41,884 bases of DNA from a virus. The position numbers and the translations under genes were made by a program. The DNA lies in IMG/VR virus record IMGVR_UViG_3300045988_105328, positions 1 to 41,884 of that record. The stretch is one strand, 5' to 3'. Under the pieces are notes generated by a model that saw only the letters and a list, made by a program, of their open reading frames with translations, made no database searches and was not told the origin of the DNA. The first letter of the stretch is position 1, and each line of letters begins with the position of its first letter. This document shows, piece after piece, positions 41,623 through 41,884 of this stretch.

Positions 41623-41884
41623 ATGAAGCATTTGAGTATCGACATCGAGACGAAGAGTGGCGCGGAGATCGGGAAGACAGGCCTGTATCGCTATGCGCAG
41701 GATCCAGACTTTGCGGTACTGCTGTTCGCCTATATGGTGGATGATGGCCCGGTTCACGTGGTGGATTTGACTGCCGGGGAGCAGATTCCAAAAGAAGTCC
41801 TCTCGGCATTGCAGGATCCGAATGCCACAAAACACGCCTATAACGCGGCGTTTGAATGGTACTGCCTAAACCAGGCGGGGTATG
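41623..41884 (+). CDS. Family A DNA polymerase, N-terminal 3'-5' exonuclease part (continues at nt 1)
   Basis: ATG 41623 after aaaggtgag. MKHLSIDIETKS is an ExoI DxE motif. The frame runs into the 55-nt terminal repeat and on to 1..1767. Confidence 0.9.
   Translation, partial: MKHLSIDIETKSGAEIGKTGLYRYAQDPDFAVLLFAYMVDDGPVHVVDLTAGEQIPKEVLSALQDPNATKHAYNAAFEWYCLNQAGY
41830..41884. repeat. Terminal direct repeat identical to 1..55
   Basis: Base-for-base identity with the first 55 nt of the window. Confidence 0.95.

Overview
The window is a complete, circularly closed genome of about 41.8 kb from a temperate siphovirus-type phage or prophage. The first 55 nt are identical to the last 55 nt, and the family A DNA polymerase gene runs across that junction. 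The host is probably a Gram-positive bacterium of the Clostridia class; this is inferred from AGGAGG-type ribosome-binding sites (RBS), the ImmA/XRE lysogeny module and the large serine integrase.

Gene order on the + strand:
- Replication module: DUF2800-type nuclease, DUF2815 SSB-like protein, PolA, AEP-primase/VirE helicase, an iteron-rich ori-like spacer, VRR-NUC and an SNF2 helicase.
- Anti-restriction genes: a C5 methyltransferase and a Lar-like protein.
- Small early ORFs and a sigma-r4-like late activator.
- An AT-rich, insulated two-gene cassette.
- Structural genes: terS, terL, portal, MuF-like minor head protein, scaffold, major capsid, neck, tail tube, chaperones, tape measure, Dit, Tal-position protein and fibre.
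- Lysis cassette.

A minus-strand block follows: a short serine recombinase with its own divergent switch, a large serine integrase, a lipoprotein, ImmA and an XRE repressor. After that come a Cro-like gene and a minus-strand Abi-alpha-like gene.

Most notable observations:
1. An AT-rich cassette at 9.1-11.0 kb has its own promoter and terminators. It encodes an unrecognisable 312-aa soluble protein and a 4-TM protein, and is a candidate novel prophage-encoded defence or exclusion system.
2. A 603-bp segment is bounded by in-frame 15-bp perfect inverted repeats. Inversion would swap the C-terminus of the tail fibre for a silent, RBS-less cassette on the opposite strand.
3. A truncated large-serine-type recombinase sits under a private repeat-controlled switch and is a candidate invertase.
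4. The MuF-like minor head protein carries a C-terminal HExxH domain and is translationally coupled to a zinc-ribbon ORF.
5. A dense GTAAAC iteron array lies next to the primase-helicase gene.

All family assignments are by eye from motifs and gene order. No database search was run.
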